Shown one piece after another: positions 36,308-49,900 of a DNA stretch of 64,000 nucleotides; position 1 is the stretch's first letter, and each line of letters starts with the position of its first letter. The DNA comes from Macrostomum lignano (lineage: Eukaryota): assembly GCA_002269645.1 (NCBI GenBank), contig NIVC01000958.1, positions 186,001 through 250,000 of the forward strand, written 5' to 3'. The position numbers were made by a program, and so were the translations under genes. Below the pieces are notes generated by a model. The model had not been told where the DNA came from and made no database searches. It was given only the letters and a program-made list of their open reading frames with translations.

Positions 36308-37720
36308 GGGGCTTTAGCACCAAGGGGCTTTAGCACCAAGGGGCTTTAGCACCAAGGGGCTTTAGCACCAAGGGGCTTTAGCACCAAGGGGCTTTAGCAC
36401 CAAGGGGCTTTAGCACCAAGGGGCTTTAGCACCAAGGGGCTTTAGCACCAAGGGGCTTTAGCACCAAGGGGCTTTAGCACCAAGGGGCTTTAGCACCAAG
36501 GGGCTTTAGCACCAAGGGGCTTTAGCACCAAGGGGCTTTAGCACCAAGGGGCTTTAGCACCAAGGGGCTTTAGCACCAAGGGGCTTTAGCACCAAGGGGC
36601 TTTAGCACCAAGGGGCTTTAGCACCAAGGGGCTTTAGCACCAAGGGGCTTTAGCACCAAGGGGCTTTAGCACCAAGGGGCTTTAGCACCAAGGGGCTTTA
36701 GCACCAAGGGGCTTTAGCACCAAGGGGCTTTAGCACCAAGGGGCTTTAGCACCAAGGGGCTTTAGCACCAAGGGGCTTTAGCACCAAGGGGCTTTAGCAC
36801 CAAGGGGCTTTAGCACCAAGGGTCTTTAGCACCAAGGGGCTTTAGCACCAAGGGGCTTTAGCACCAAGGGTCTTTAGCACCAAGGGGCTTTAGCACCAAG
36901 GGGCTTTAGCACCAAGGGTCTTTAGCACCAAGGGGCTTTAGCACCAAGGGGCTTTAGCACCAAGGGGCTTTAGCACCAAGGGGCTTTAGCACCAAGGGGC
37001 TTTAGCACCAAGGGGCTTTAGCACCAAGGGGCTTTAGCACCAAGGGGCTTTAGCACCAAGGGGCTTTAGCACCAAGGGGCTTTAGCACCAAGGGGCTTTA
37101 GCACCAAGGGGCTTTAGCACCAAGGGGCTTTAGCACCAAGGGGCTTTAGCACCAAGGGGCTTTAGCACCAAGGGGCTTTAGCACCAAGGGGCTTTAGCAC
37201 CAAGGGGCTTTAGCACCAAGGGGCTTTAGCACCAAGGGGCTTTAGCACCAAGGGGCTTTAGCACCAAGGGGCTTTAGCACCAAGGGGCTTTAGCACCAAG
37301 GGGCTTTAGCACCAAGGGGCTTTAGCACCAAGGGGCTTTAGCACCAAGGGGCTTTAGCACCAAGGGGCTTTAGCACCAAGGGGCGCCAGCACCAAGGGGC
37401 GCCAGCACCAAGGGGCTTTAGCACCAAGGGGCTTTAGCACCAAGGGGCGCCAGCACCAAGGGGCGCCAGCACCAAGGGGCTTTAGCACCAAGGGGCTTTA
37501 GTACCAAGGGGCTTTAGCACCAAGGGGCTTTAGCACCAAGGGGCTTTAGCACCAAGGGGCGCCAGCACCAAGGGGCGCCAGCACCAAGGGGCTTTAGCAC
37601 CAAGGGGCTTTAGCACCAAGGGGCGCCAGCACCAAGGGGCGCCAGCACCAAGGGGCGCCAGCACCAAGGGGCGCCAGCACCAAGGGGCGCCAGCACCAAG
37701 GGGCGCCAGCACCAAGGGGC
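36308..37720. repeat. 16-bp satellite (GGGGCTTTAGCACCAA / GGGGCGCCAGCACCAA), ~88 copies
   Basis: Tandem 16-bp period. The CGCC variant appears only from ~37381 and dominates the 3' end. Confidence 0.97.
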
Positions 37721-38451
37721 GTCGGCTCCGGCCTGAGCACCCGCATCAAGGAGCCGCTGAATCTCGCACAGAGGCTTCGCATCGGACTGTTCTATGAGTA
37801 CAGGACCAAGAAGGTCTTCTACCTGAACTGCGGGGCAGAAGCTGGCTGCAAAATGATGGAGTTCGAGGATGCTGATAAGCTGTGAGTTTCTTAAGTTGAG
37901 AATAGTAGTTTATCTGCTATGAGAACAATTGGCTCGCTAATTAAATCAAATTTCACAACTCTTTACATTTGAATTCCAGACACCATACCGTCCAGAGTAC
38001 GAACTCCTCAGTTTTCTGTGGTTCACTCAGAGCTGTCGATCTTACCATTGATGGTGACGTACTCGGGCAGGTGAGCTTTACGGACTGCAGTGAGCATCTT
38101 CCGGCTCTGATCAGCTTCCCGGATGCGACCGGAAACAGATGCGGAGACTCGAGCCAACCTGTGCTCAGCTGGATGCATGCGGCTGCCCAGCCGGCTGCGG
38201 AAGAAGAACAAACAAGTCCCAAACCTAAAAGGATGAGGCTGGTTTTGGTTCTACTTGTGGTTTCTGGTGCGATTCTATTGCTAGTTCTCTCTACTTTAAC
38301 GCCAATGAGACGACGGCACAGCCTTAAATATAAAGCAGCAACTCCACCAAAGTCGGACCAAAGCCCGGTCAAAAGAGGAGGAGGGTTTGAAGTGGTCTGC
38401 CAATCCAACTCTGAAAAACCTCTGGTTCGTAACGGGGGCTGCTGTAACTGA
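37719..38451 (+). pseudogene. CUB-CTLD-TM copy D: 3' fragment only (partial exon 5 + exon 6)
   Basis: Exon 5 is cut mid-exon at the satellite (37719-37881). Exon 6 (37980-38451) is identical to copy F. Confidence 0.85.
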
Positions 38452-40822
38452 CTCAGTGGTTGCTAAATTCATTTTTTAATTTGGAATGTCATACAATATG
38501 CCGTATGAATAAAGTGAGCATTTGCTCAAACTCTGTGCTGTGTGCTGCTGTGCCCTTACTCATGAGTTTTTTCTGATTTTATTCATACGGGCTAATATCT
38601 TAATTGTCTTACTATTGTGTACAGCTGTTAATTGCATTCTTCTAAGGTAGCCTACCGGCGCAACGCTTTCGACTACATCGTCCCACAACGAGCGGTAACG
38701 TTTTACAAACAAACGGGTCTTTGGGTGTGTCAGATTTCTTTTCCGGATTATTGGAATGATGCCACCTTTTTAACATTTAGACGATAGAGTATTAAATCTT
38801 GCTGTACGAGCTAGTTCATGTTCACGCTTCAATTCTTTGTACAAGTGTCTTGAAGCTGTGTCTCTACCCAGTGCGAGTCAAAATCCGACGTACGATTAGC
38901 AATATTTTATCGTTCAATCCTAGAATTAACACACCTGGTATGGAGTTTATCATAACAGGGTTTGCAGCTGAGGTGTTTATTGGGGGCTGCGTCTTGGCAA
39001 GTGGCGCCATAGCAAGAGGCGCCAGCGCCATGGAGACGCGCCAGCACCAAGTGGCGCCAAGGGGCTGCTGATGAGGCCAAAGTAGCCAAAGTGGTTGTTG
39101 GAGAACTGCTAGAATTGAGATCAGAGGCGTCAAACCTGCTTTGAAGGGGCGCCAAGTCAACGGGAAATCAGCCATTATTTTTGACAGCCTTTTTGGAGGG
39201 CCGGGTCCCCTTGGCCCCCTCCCTAGCCACGGCCTGATCATTTAATCGTCAGATTAGTAAGAGACAATTAACTAAGTACCTCGTTTCAAACCTTGTTTGC
39301 GATATCATTTTCAGGTTTGTTAATTTTTAATAATTGTAAGCACTGGAAAAGCGAGCACTGGAGAAGCGCTTAGGTTTCCGCAAGCCAGCCAGCAGCCTGC
39401 GAACGTGTGATACAGAAAACTTGCAGGAAAATGCGTTGGGTTTGGGGGTTGACCGTTTCCTAACGACGGCACAGAGAGAAACTGCGTGAGCGCTAAACCT
39501 ACCCCGCTAAAACTATACATTTTTTGCATTATACATGTACTCGTACATGAACCTATGCGTTCTTGTTGACTAGATCAAATACACTGCCTTAAATAATATT
39601 CGGTACTGCAAATTCTGAGATGTGAGCCTCGCACTCATAATAGGGCCTTTACAGGCCAGTGTGTTTGAAAGTCTTTCTGCCATGCAAGCAGAAGATACGA
39701 GAAAAATAAAACTTGTTAATGAGAGTAATGACTTTTAGAAATAAAGGAGCGTTCAGCACAGAACAGAGAATCCCCTTGTACTTGCACATGCAGATAGCTC
39801 TCTACAGATGTGTTGCTAAAAATAGCTTCTGGGTGAGGGCGGCGTCCAGCTCGCACAAGCAGGCAGGCCACGTATCGCGGGTTTGCGCCTTGTCTCCAGC
39901 CTGCTGGCTGACGCTGGCGCCCTGAATTCGGTCGGCGACGTGGCCTTCCTTTGCGACTTGTACCGCTAATGTCAAAGGACTGTCAGCGTATCTTGCTGTT
40001 TCCTTGCGACGCCGAGGAAATCTGGGAATTTATAATTTGGAATTGTGAAATCTGGGAAATGTAAAATCTGGGGAATGTGAAATCTTAGGAACGTGAAACA
40101 TGGAGGAAAGCAAAACCTGGGGAATGTGAAATCTGAGGGAATGTAAAATCTGGGGGAATGTGAAATCTGGGAGATATGAAATCTGGGGAATGTAGAATCG
40201 AGAAAATGTAAAACCTACCCTAAAGTTCTAGCTAAAGTTTTCCACCAAAAAGACCAAATGAGAGCGATGAAACTCATGATGTTTCTGCACCGCAGTACTT
40301 TTAGCTCGCACTGATCGCATTTGTTGAACTAAATAAAAAGAAGAATTCATAAATAATTCTGATAACCGTTGTGAATCCGGACAGAGTCCATAAAGATAAT
40401 TTTAGTCTCTTAACTTTGACGACAGTGACATCCGCCAGACCCAATGTCACATGCTTGTAATCATTCCCTGCAGTTGACTGCTTTGCCTTTGAGCTTTGAA
40501 CTTTGAACAATAAATAAAGAACTCTAAAGTTCACAGAAAAACTGAAGTTCCCTTTTTGTACAGCGTTAGGCGGCGTACAGAGAACAGTGCATGCTTGGTC
40601 TGAAAGCGCATGCACAGTACAGATCAAGCGTGCGTCCTCTGCTTCTCTTTCCTCGCATGCTACGTACAATGGTGATGTAAAGGGCGGCAACTGTGCGCAC
40701 GCATACACTCACACTCCTATAATTCAATCCTCTACCTAAACAATATTACTGGCTGAATTTCCATGGGAGAGCCATGGAATTGCCTTTTAGTTGTACTTGT
40801 AAGGAGGGCAAACTCCAACTGA

Positions 40823-43090
40823 GCTGAGCTGGCTGCGATGAGCGCTGACAGCGGAGCCATGAGGCTCGCCAGCTTCAGCAGCTCGGAGGCTCTGCAGAAC
40901 TTCGTCACAGAGAGTAAGCTGGAGTGAACCGGTGGCTTTTTAAACAGCGGAACGAAGAAATCATGTACGAATTACAAGTAAATAAAGACTATACATCTTA
41001 AAACAGGGATGAGTACTGTTGTGTTAGTGAATTTCCCTCAATATATTATGTCAGGAATGGATTAGGGATAAAAACAAAGCCATCCCTGCAATAGCACAAT
41101 AAATGACACTATATAAAGTTTATTTAAATTGCAATCAAATGAAGTAAAATACTTCATTCCCTTGCACATCAGCTATTGAATTTGATGGCTCCTGAGTATG
41201 AGTGCGAATGAGCCTTTCCCTGAGAAATTCCCTGAGGTATTCCTACGGTTAATGTCCGTGCTTACAGCTTGCATTGAATAAACTTGAAATCTTTAACCAA
41301 CTGTTAGAGTACGGAAAAATTTCTGGTCAAGAAAGCTGGTAAATTCATGTCTTGTACCCGTCATATCAATACCAAACCGATATTTAAAGCTAATCACAAC
41401 GTAACAGCGCAGGTAAAAAAGAATGCGTGTGTAGCCAGACGGTGCGGCGGTGCGGCCTTTGTTCGCGCCCAAGCTTCGAAGCGCGCCATCTGACGCTGCT
41501 TTTGCGAACTGGCAGCGTACTCTGTTGTTGTTGTTGTTGTTGTAGCCAGAAGTTTTGCCTTGATAATTGTGCTGCGGTGTACGAGCGTATGCATCAAATT
41601 TGAACAATTGCTCAAAAATGCTCATTTTCGCCACTGAAAAAAACATTTTTCACCAGATTGCCAATCATAATCAAGACAGTGATTAAAAGGTTTAATCACA
41701 CTCTGTAGGTAATTTAAGCCGAATTAATTGGCGAATTTTCAAATTAATTAATAATAATTAATGCAAATTAAAAACTGCATTTCCAAATACGCTCTTATTT
41801 CAATAAAGTTTTCAAGTTACAAACCGTCGTTTTATTTGCTGTTGCATCTCATATCCCAAGCTCCTATGGCCTAAGTTACATAATTTTTGCAATATGCATG
41901 CTTCACACAGCATCAATAATATGGCCCATGATACCAGATAGCGCCATAATCAGAAACATAAAGTTGTCCTGCACTTACTTTTATATCGATAGTTTTCATA
42001 TTATTATCGAATAATATTATTCTTATTAATATTATTATCGAATAATATTATTCTTATTAATATTATTCACAAGTTTCAGGCCGACAAAGCCGTTATGTTA
42101 AACCGCCGCAAAACCCACAATAGGAGCAGTAAAGCACTAGAGATGTAAATTCCTCGCCTGCAGTAACTTAGAAATGGTTTTCATTGCCAGCTTATTGAAC
42201 GCATGCAGTGTCCTTTACTGAACATCGCTGTTTACTTTGGGTTGTAGACCGCACACCTTAACTTTTGAACAATTTCACTCTCCTTGAACACCGGCTTCAG
42301 GCCAGCGAACTCGCGTCGGCTCCGGCCTGAGCACCCGCATCAAGGAGCCGCTGAATCTCGCACAGAGGCTTCGCATCGGACTGTTCTATGAGCACAGGAC
42401 CAAGAAGGTCTTCTACCTGAACTGCGGGGCAGAAGCTGGCTGCAAAATGATGGAGTTCGAGGATGCTGATAAGCTGTGAGTTTCTTAAGTTGAGAATAGT
42501 AGTTTATCTGCTATGAGAACAATTGGCTCTCTAATTAAATCAAATTTCACAACTCTTTACATTTGAATTCCAGACACCATACCGTCCAGACTACGAACTT
42601 GTCAGTTTCCTGTGGTTCACTCAGAGCTGTCGATCTTACCATTGATGGTGAGGTACTCGGGCAGGTGAGCTTCACGTACTGCACTGAGCAGCTTCCGGCT
42701 CTGATCAGCTTCCCAGATGCGACCGGAAACAGATGCGGAGACTCGAGCCAACCTGTGCTCAGCTGGATGCTTGCGGCTGCCCAGCCGGCTGCGGAAGAAG
42801 AGCAAAGAAGTCCCAAACCTAAAAGGATGAGGCTGGTTTTGGTTCTACTTGTGGTTTCTGGTGCGATTCTATTGGTAGTTACCTTAACGCTGATTTATAT
42901 GCGACGACGGCACAGCCTTCAATATATAGCAGCAACTCCGAAAAATGAAGGAAAGGTTGTTGAGGTCCGCCAGTCCGGCTCTGAAAAACCTCTGGTTTGT
43001 CGGATCTGCGCCTTAGACGTCGCAGCTGAATGCCCTAATTTGGACGGAGTGACGCAACACCGGAAACACATTTCCCTGACGTTGTGTTAA
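40823..43090 (+). pseudogene. CUB-CTLD-TM copy E, 5'-deleted (mirror of E')
   Basis: Partial exon 4 at 40823-40913, exon 5 at 42301-42475 and exon 6 at 42574-43090. Exons 1-3 are missing. Confidence 0.8.
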
Positions 43091-44382
43091 GTTGTGACGC
43101 AGTTTTTTAAACATCTTAAATTACAAGGCAGTTGTTTCTGTATTAATTTTACCTATTCAGAATTTCATAATTGAGAGTATTTACAAAATTCATTAAAGAT
43201 TAACCAATTACGCTGTACGTCGTTATAAAACTTGTTTGTAATATCATTTTCAGCCTCGTTTAAATTTTTTTAATCACTGAAGCACTGGAAAAGTATTTAC
43301 AAGTGGTTTGATGGCCAAGCCAGCAACCTGCGACTGCGTGACACAGAGGACTCGCAGCAAAATGCGTTGAAAGGGCGGGTAATGATAGTTGCCCAACGAC
43401 GGCGCATAGAGAAACTGCGTGAGCGCTAACTTTACCCCGCTCAAACTATTCATTTTATTGTATTGCGCCTATGCGTTCTGTTGACTATAACACTGCCTTG
43501 AATAATATTCAGTACTGCGAATTCTGACATGCAAGCCTCACAGTCATAATAGGGCCTTTACAAGCCAGTGTGTTTCAAAGTCTTTCAGCCATGTAAGCAG
43601 AAGATGACAGAAAAAACCCGTTAACAACGCGTTTACAAATCAAGGAGCGTTCAGAACAGACCAGAGCATCCCCTTGTACCACTTGTATTGCAATACATGC
43701 AGATAGCACTCTACACAGATGTGTTACTAAAAATAACTCTGGGGTTCGCCTTGCGTACATGCGTGAGGGTGGCGTCCAGCTGGCACAAAGCAGGCAGGCC
43801 ACGTATCGCGGGTTTGCGCCTTGTCCTCTAGCCTGCTGGCTGACGCCGGCGCCCCGGATTCGGTCGGCGACGTGGCCTTCCTTCGCCACCTGGCCCAGAC
43901 GCGCACCTTGTGCTGCTTCCGTCTAAGGAATATTTGTTGTTTCTTCGACGCCGGGGAAATCTGAGGAATGCAAAATTTGGGGAACGTAAAATATCCTTAA
44001 TGTAAAGTCCTTGATAATATCTTGAGAATGTGAAATGTGGTGAACGTGAAATGGGAGGTATGTGAAATCTGGTGAATGAGAAATGCGAGGAATGCGAAAT
44101 TTGGAGAATATGAAATCTGGGGAATGTAAAATCTGGCGAACATGAAATCTGTGTTATGTAAATTTTAATCTATGGAATGTGAAATCGGGGTTAAGCATAC
44201 CCCAAAGTTCTAGTTAATGATGTCCACCTAAAGTACAAAATGAGAGCGACAAAAGCTATTGTTGTTTTTGCACTACGTACTGTACTTAAGCTCTCGGTTG
44301 TTGAACCAAACTAAAAAAAGTAATCAATAAACTTTTATCATTTGGCTTTGACGACGAGAAGGACATCACAGACTAGTGTTAC

Positions 44383-44545
44383 CTGTGGCGCACTCATAAA
44401 TTTGTTGAGGACGGGGCGGATTCTGGAGGGTAAAGAAACAAGGGGGTGGAGGGGGTGGCTCTATATTTTGGCGAAAATTCGCTTAATCCTCCCTTTGATT
44501 TTTCAGGTCTCCGCTTTTCAGGTCGCCCCCCTCGGTGTGCCCCTG
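44383..44545. mobile_element. 163-bp hAT-like MITE (mirror at ~55649-55811)
   Basis: Ends CTGTGGCGCAC / GTGTGCCCCTG, with a degenerate 8-bp TSD AGTGTTAC / AATGTCAC. Absent from the paralogous module at ~40440, which has a single AATGTCAC. Confidence 0.6.
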
Positions 44546-46988
44546 AATGTCACATGATCACGTAATCTTATTCCTTGCAACTGCATGAGTGCTTTGAGCT
44601 GAACGGTGGACTAATAATTACGAGCTACATGTATTTGAGTGAGCTGTACGCATTTATATTTCTTATTTCACAACCTTTCAAAGTGCATGTAGCTATAGTA
44701 AGTCTGAAATTCTTGAAAAAACAGAAGTTCTCTTTTTTTACAGCACTAACGTTAGGCGACGTACAGCGAACAGTGCATGCTTTGGAAGCGCATGCACGAT
44801 ACAGAAGCGTGCGTCCTCTGATTCTGCTTCCTGGCGTCGTCCTTGCTCATGTAATCAGGGTGACGCAACACCCATCACCTTTCAATGGCAACCTAACTAT
44901 TGCTAAAGCGTAGAGACTAAAACAGATTGAAAGCCTAGGAGCTCGCATTTTGTCACGCCCGTCATCTGATCATGATCAACCAATTGTCCCGCTAGCAACA
45001 GAGACCCAGTTTTCTAAGAACAGAGACCCACTTTTCCTCATCGAAAGGTACAAGAAACATCGTACTTTTGGTTTATATGCTGTCGTTGTTAACTACGAGT
45101 AATTAGATGTGAACAAATATCTTGTTGTTGCATAACAATCACTCTGCTGTAGAAATACTGTAATCGCTGCAAATATCGGACATTGAACATATATACTTTC
45201 TGCAAATTTCAGTAATTTACTCGTAGAATTCATTTACTGCTTTGTTAATTCATCATGGCATAAAGACGGCTGCCCGAGCTTCTTCCAGGCCTTGGTTTTC
45301 AATACAGTTGCCTAGACAGACAAAATGATTCCGCAGCTTCTCGACAATGTACAAAAAACCCATGTAATAAATGTGCATGCCACGTGCCCAGAGTCCAGGC
45401 CGTTTCTGATTGGCTCTCCGCGCAAAGCCGGGGTACATCGCTGAGTTGTAGATCGCGACGACCCTTCCGCTTGGCCAAACGGGTTCTGAAATTTCGCCTA
45501 CTATCTTGATCTATTTCGCAATAACAAACTATAAACTGACACGAACTTTGAGAACATAGCTGAAATATAAAAACAATCAATAATCAGAACAAATAACAGC
45601 AATTCGCATAACTAGCTTAAGATGCTCACATTACAACCTGGTGCTGAGTATGTCTTAGTCAGCTGAGTCTGTAGTTTTTGCTTTACATGGTGCCCCTGTG
45701 TGGCGGACGGCTGCGCATGCGGGGTCGCTGGCTGCGGTCTGGATCATGTTCGAGGGCCTCGAGCTGCTTCTGATTCTGGCAACTGGATGGCAGGACTCAG
45801 TGCCTTTGAGGTCGGCGATCTCCATTATGGGTTGGGACTGAAATTGAACTCAGTCAGTCAACTAAGTGAGGGGGTTCTCGGTCGTCCTACGGAAGATCGT
45901 GACGGTTTTGGGATTATGATGATAGTAGGGGACAAGCAAGTGCTCACCGGATGGGTAGATTCCATTCTGTAGTACATGTAGATACAGACTTTAGTATTTT
46001 TGAGAACTAAAAGTTAGGGAACTGAAAGTTGAAAGCTTCAACAAAAAATGTTTTTTTAATATTCGATATTTGAAAAGCAAAAAAGTCTTTCTTTAAGGAA
46101 TCGCACTTATCGCATCAAGCATCGAACTTATCGGTCTCATGCGGCTCGTTCAAAGCGATGAAATCGACCAAAGGCGGTGACACTGCCGTATTTGTCAACT
46201 TTACAGACTGCGACGAATAGCTGCCAGCAGCACTTAGTAGTTTCAAGAATGCACCCAGGAGCCACCGGCAGTGCAGGAGATGCAGCGAGAAGAAGCTTCT
46301 CTACCGTTTTTTTATTGTCTTACAATTGTAGGCCTCTTAAATTAGCTCATAGCTAGCTTTCTCTGATTAATCCTACATCTTTAACTCTGAATCATTGAGA
46401 GATTTTATAGTTTGAAAATTCCGACTAAACAGAGTAACAAAGACAGTCCTAACTGAGGAAAACCCCAATGAAAAAATATACTAGGAGCTAGAAGAACAGA
46501 CAAGTCAAGTCACGAAAACATGAAGACCAATCACATTAACATTTTCTTTCGTAAAAGCTACTTTAATATAAATCGGTTTTTTCTCTATCCAAAAGTTCTG
46601 AAATTATTAAAATTTTATTGAGACTTCACAGCCAGAAAGTGTCTGAACAGTAAAACAACTGCCACCCAAGGTGGCAGTATTTAGGTAGGTAAGGCAAGGT
46701 ATTTAGGTAGAGAATTTCTATCTATACGTTCGTACTAGTGGCAAGATACGCTATCAGAAACATGGCGAGATTGGCATTGAAACCATGCAGCAAACCACCA
46801 GATAGAGGTAATGCCAATACAGTCCACTGCATGCGATCAGATATGATGGCTTTTTACGCTGCTTGTTGTGTGCAACGGAACACGTTATATAGAATGCAAA
46901 AGAAACTGACCAAAGTCTGCGATTGTAAATTTAAAACCGGACAGCCAGCAACAGACTTGTTGCAATAAAGATTTTTATTACAAGAACA

Positions 46989-49900
46989 ATGAAAAGTACG
47001 CTTTGGCAGCTGCTGTCTCTGCTGCTGAGCATGCGAGTTACTGCATCATTGGACTGCTCTAATGTTAGTTGCACGGGTGAGTCAGCTGCTTTTACCAACA
47101 GCTCAAAGGCTGGCAATGCAAGTCTGCAAATACTTTGCGATAAATATTTCAGTGACAGTGCAGCTGAGCAGGGCTGACGTTCTGCGCACCTGGCAACCCA
47201 GCGGTGCGCACTGCCGTTGGTGTAAGAGTCGGCAGTCAGAGACAAACCGATTCCCTGCTGCTGTGCGGTCCGGGCCTCGGTGGCTTGTGATGCAGCTGAG
47301 GCAGCCGATGATGCTGAAGGCGGTGAGCGTACGAGACTGGGGTGAGTGACGCTGACCGACTCATTCTCATGATGCATGATGAGGCAGAAGCAGACTGGGA
47401 CACAATGTGTGAGACAGTGTGAGACCAGCTAGCATCTAATTAGCACTCTGAGACAGTGTGAGACCAGCTAGCATCTAATTAGCACTCTGAGACAGTGTGA
47501 GACCAGCTAGCATCTAATTAGCACTCTGAGACAGTGTGAGACCAGCTAGCATCTAATTAGCACTCTGAGACAGTGTGAGACCAGCTAGCATCTAATTAGC
47601 ACTCTGAGACAGTGTGAGACCAGCTAGCATCTAATTAGCACTCTGAGACAGTGTGAGACCAGCTAGCATCTAATTAGCACTCTGAGACAGTGTGAGACCA
47701 GCTAGCATCTAATTAGCACTCTGAGACAGTGTGAGACCAGCTAGCATCTAATTAGCACTCTGAGACAGTGTGAGACCAGCTAGCATCTAATTAGCACTCT
47801 GAGACAGTGTGAGACCAGCTAGCATCTAATTAGCACTCTGAGACAGTGTGAGACCAGCTGCAGCCAAGCACTCGTGTTGCAGGTGGTCAGTGGCTCGCAG
47901 CAGCTCCGGTCGGCTCGCCCGTGTCAGCGGTCGGAGCCTCGAGCCTCCCGCTGGAGCTGCAGCTGGAGGATCCGTGCCGCGCCAGCTGGGAGGCCTTGAA
48001 CGGTAGCGACCGCTGGCGGAGTCTTGATGGCTCCAGCGGCACCGCCATGGTGAGTGAAAGAGGCAGCTTTTTGCATGCCTGCACATTTTGCACATTCTGA
48101 AGAACTCAGACATTCTGAGCACTCCTCCTTCCAGCTGCCAGTGGCCTACCTTTTGTTCAGCAGCTCCCAGCAGCTCCAGTGGAGCGCTCTCAATCTGCAA
48201 GGTGAGGTCTTTCAACTCAATGCTTTGATTTGCAGGTCACTGAGTTCATTTTACCTCCGCATCCTCAGGCCGCACGGCCCCAATGCAGCTGAATGAGACC
48301 AGAAACCCATTCTGCCTGAATTGCGAGCCCCTCTCGTGGAGACCCGGAGATCGCATTGGCTTTTCAGTGAGCAGCTGCGGCTCCCAGACTCCGGGCCAGA
48401 CCCAGCCACCCCTCACCCAGCCACCCCTCACCCAGCCAACCCTCACCCAGCCACCCCTCACCCAGCCATCCCTCACACAGCCACCCCTCACCCAGCAACC
48501 CCTCACCCAGCCACCCCTCACCCAGCCACCCTCACCCAGCAACCCCTCACCCAGCCACCCCTCACCCAGCCACCCTCACCCAGCCACCCCTCACCCAGCC
48601 ATCCCTCACCCAGCCTCCCTCACACAGCAACCCCTCACCCAGCCACCCCTCACCCAACCACCCCTCAACCAGCCACCCCTCACCCAGCCAGACCTCACCC
48701 AGCCACCCCTTACCCAGCAACCACTCACCCAGCCACCCCTCATCCAGCCACCCTCACCCAGCCACCCCTCACCCAGCCATCCCTCACACAGCCACCCCTC
48801 ACCCAGCCAGCCCTCACCCAGCAACCCCTCACCCAGCCACCCCTCACACAGCAACCTCTCACCCAGCCACCCCTCACCCAGCCACCCCTCACCCAGCCAC
48901 CCCTCACACAGCCACCCCTCACACAGCCAGCCCTCACACAGCAACCCCTCACCCAGCCACCCCTCACCCAGCCACTCACTCGCACTGCAGAGCCGTGCCA
49001 GACGGCCGTAGTCCTGGGCTCGAGTCCGTACTGGGAGGTGGGCCAAACCCGCCACATCGCAGTGACCTCCAGCAAGTGCAGCATCTGGAACGTGAGCCAC
49101 AGCTGCCGGCTGCTGCAGGCTGATGGCGCTTCACCCGTGCCGCTCCACAGAGTTGAAGTACGCTTGCACTGAGACTGGCCAAAGTGCTCAGAGAAGTGCA
49201 GAGCCTCACCTGTCCCAATCTGCACCCTCATTCGCATTGCAGCAGAGCAGCTTCAGCAGCGTTCACCAGCTGCAGGTGAGCAGGTCGATGGCTCACCAGA
49301 ACTGGTCGGTTCGCTGCAGCGTCAACCAGTCAGGTGTGGTGTATGATGAGGCTGAGAGTCTGGAGCAGCTGCGACCGCCGATTTTCTGTGAGTGCCGAAC
49401 AGTGCATGAAGCGAGTCAGCTGTGAACGCTTTGCTTGAATGCGATTTCCAATTTCACTGCAGACCCGGCAAGCATTCAGGTAAATGGCAGCATTGAGAGC
49501 TCGCGACTGCACCTGGCTGTGGCTGCCTCCGACGCTCGGCCTCCGGTGTCATCTGTTGTCTGCCAGATCGCAAATTCCACTGTGAGTGCTTGATGCGAGC
49601 CCGAAAGAGGGCCGAATATCCGCGCATGACAGTAGCGTGCAGATGCATATTTTTGCTATCATCTTTAATATCTCTTCAAAGTTAAAATGCTGTGATGAAA
49701 ATGTTGCTTAAATGTTTACGGGCGCTGTTTACGGGCAACTGATTGACTAGAGAACCCAGGTGATATACTAGAGAACCTAGGTGATTGACTAGAGAACCCA
49801 GGTGATTGACTAGAGAAGCCAGGTGATTGACTAGAGAAGCCAGGTGTTTGACTAGAGAAGCCAGGTGATTGACTAGAGAACCCAGGTGGTTGACTAGAGA

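Larger units (their letters stand above)
37719..45951. repeat. Left arm of an 8.2-kb inverted segmental duplication
   Basis: ORF pairs sum to 100194 (e.g. 42563/57631 and 37969/62225). Few differences, e.g. a substitution at 45562 and a 1-nt indel versus 54625. Confidence 0.95.

Noticed and set aside
32119-37720. CRISPR-like arrays (also 47411-47859)
   Set aside because: Head-to-tail repeats without unique spacers, no cas genes, eukaryotic context.
45700-45972. ORF at the inner end of the palindrome arms (mirror 54191-54493)
   Set aside because: No recognisable protein, and its C-terminus differs between arms only because of the junction.
48283-49237. Proline-rich extensin/mucin-like ORFs
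   Set aside because: Derived from a 15/14-bp repeat with frame-shifting unit lengths, flanked by splice sites.
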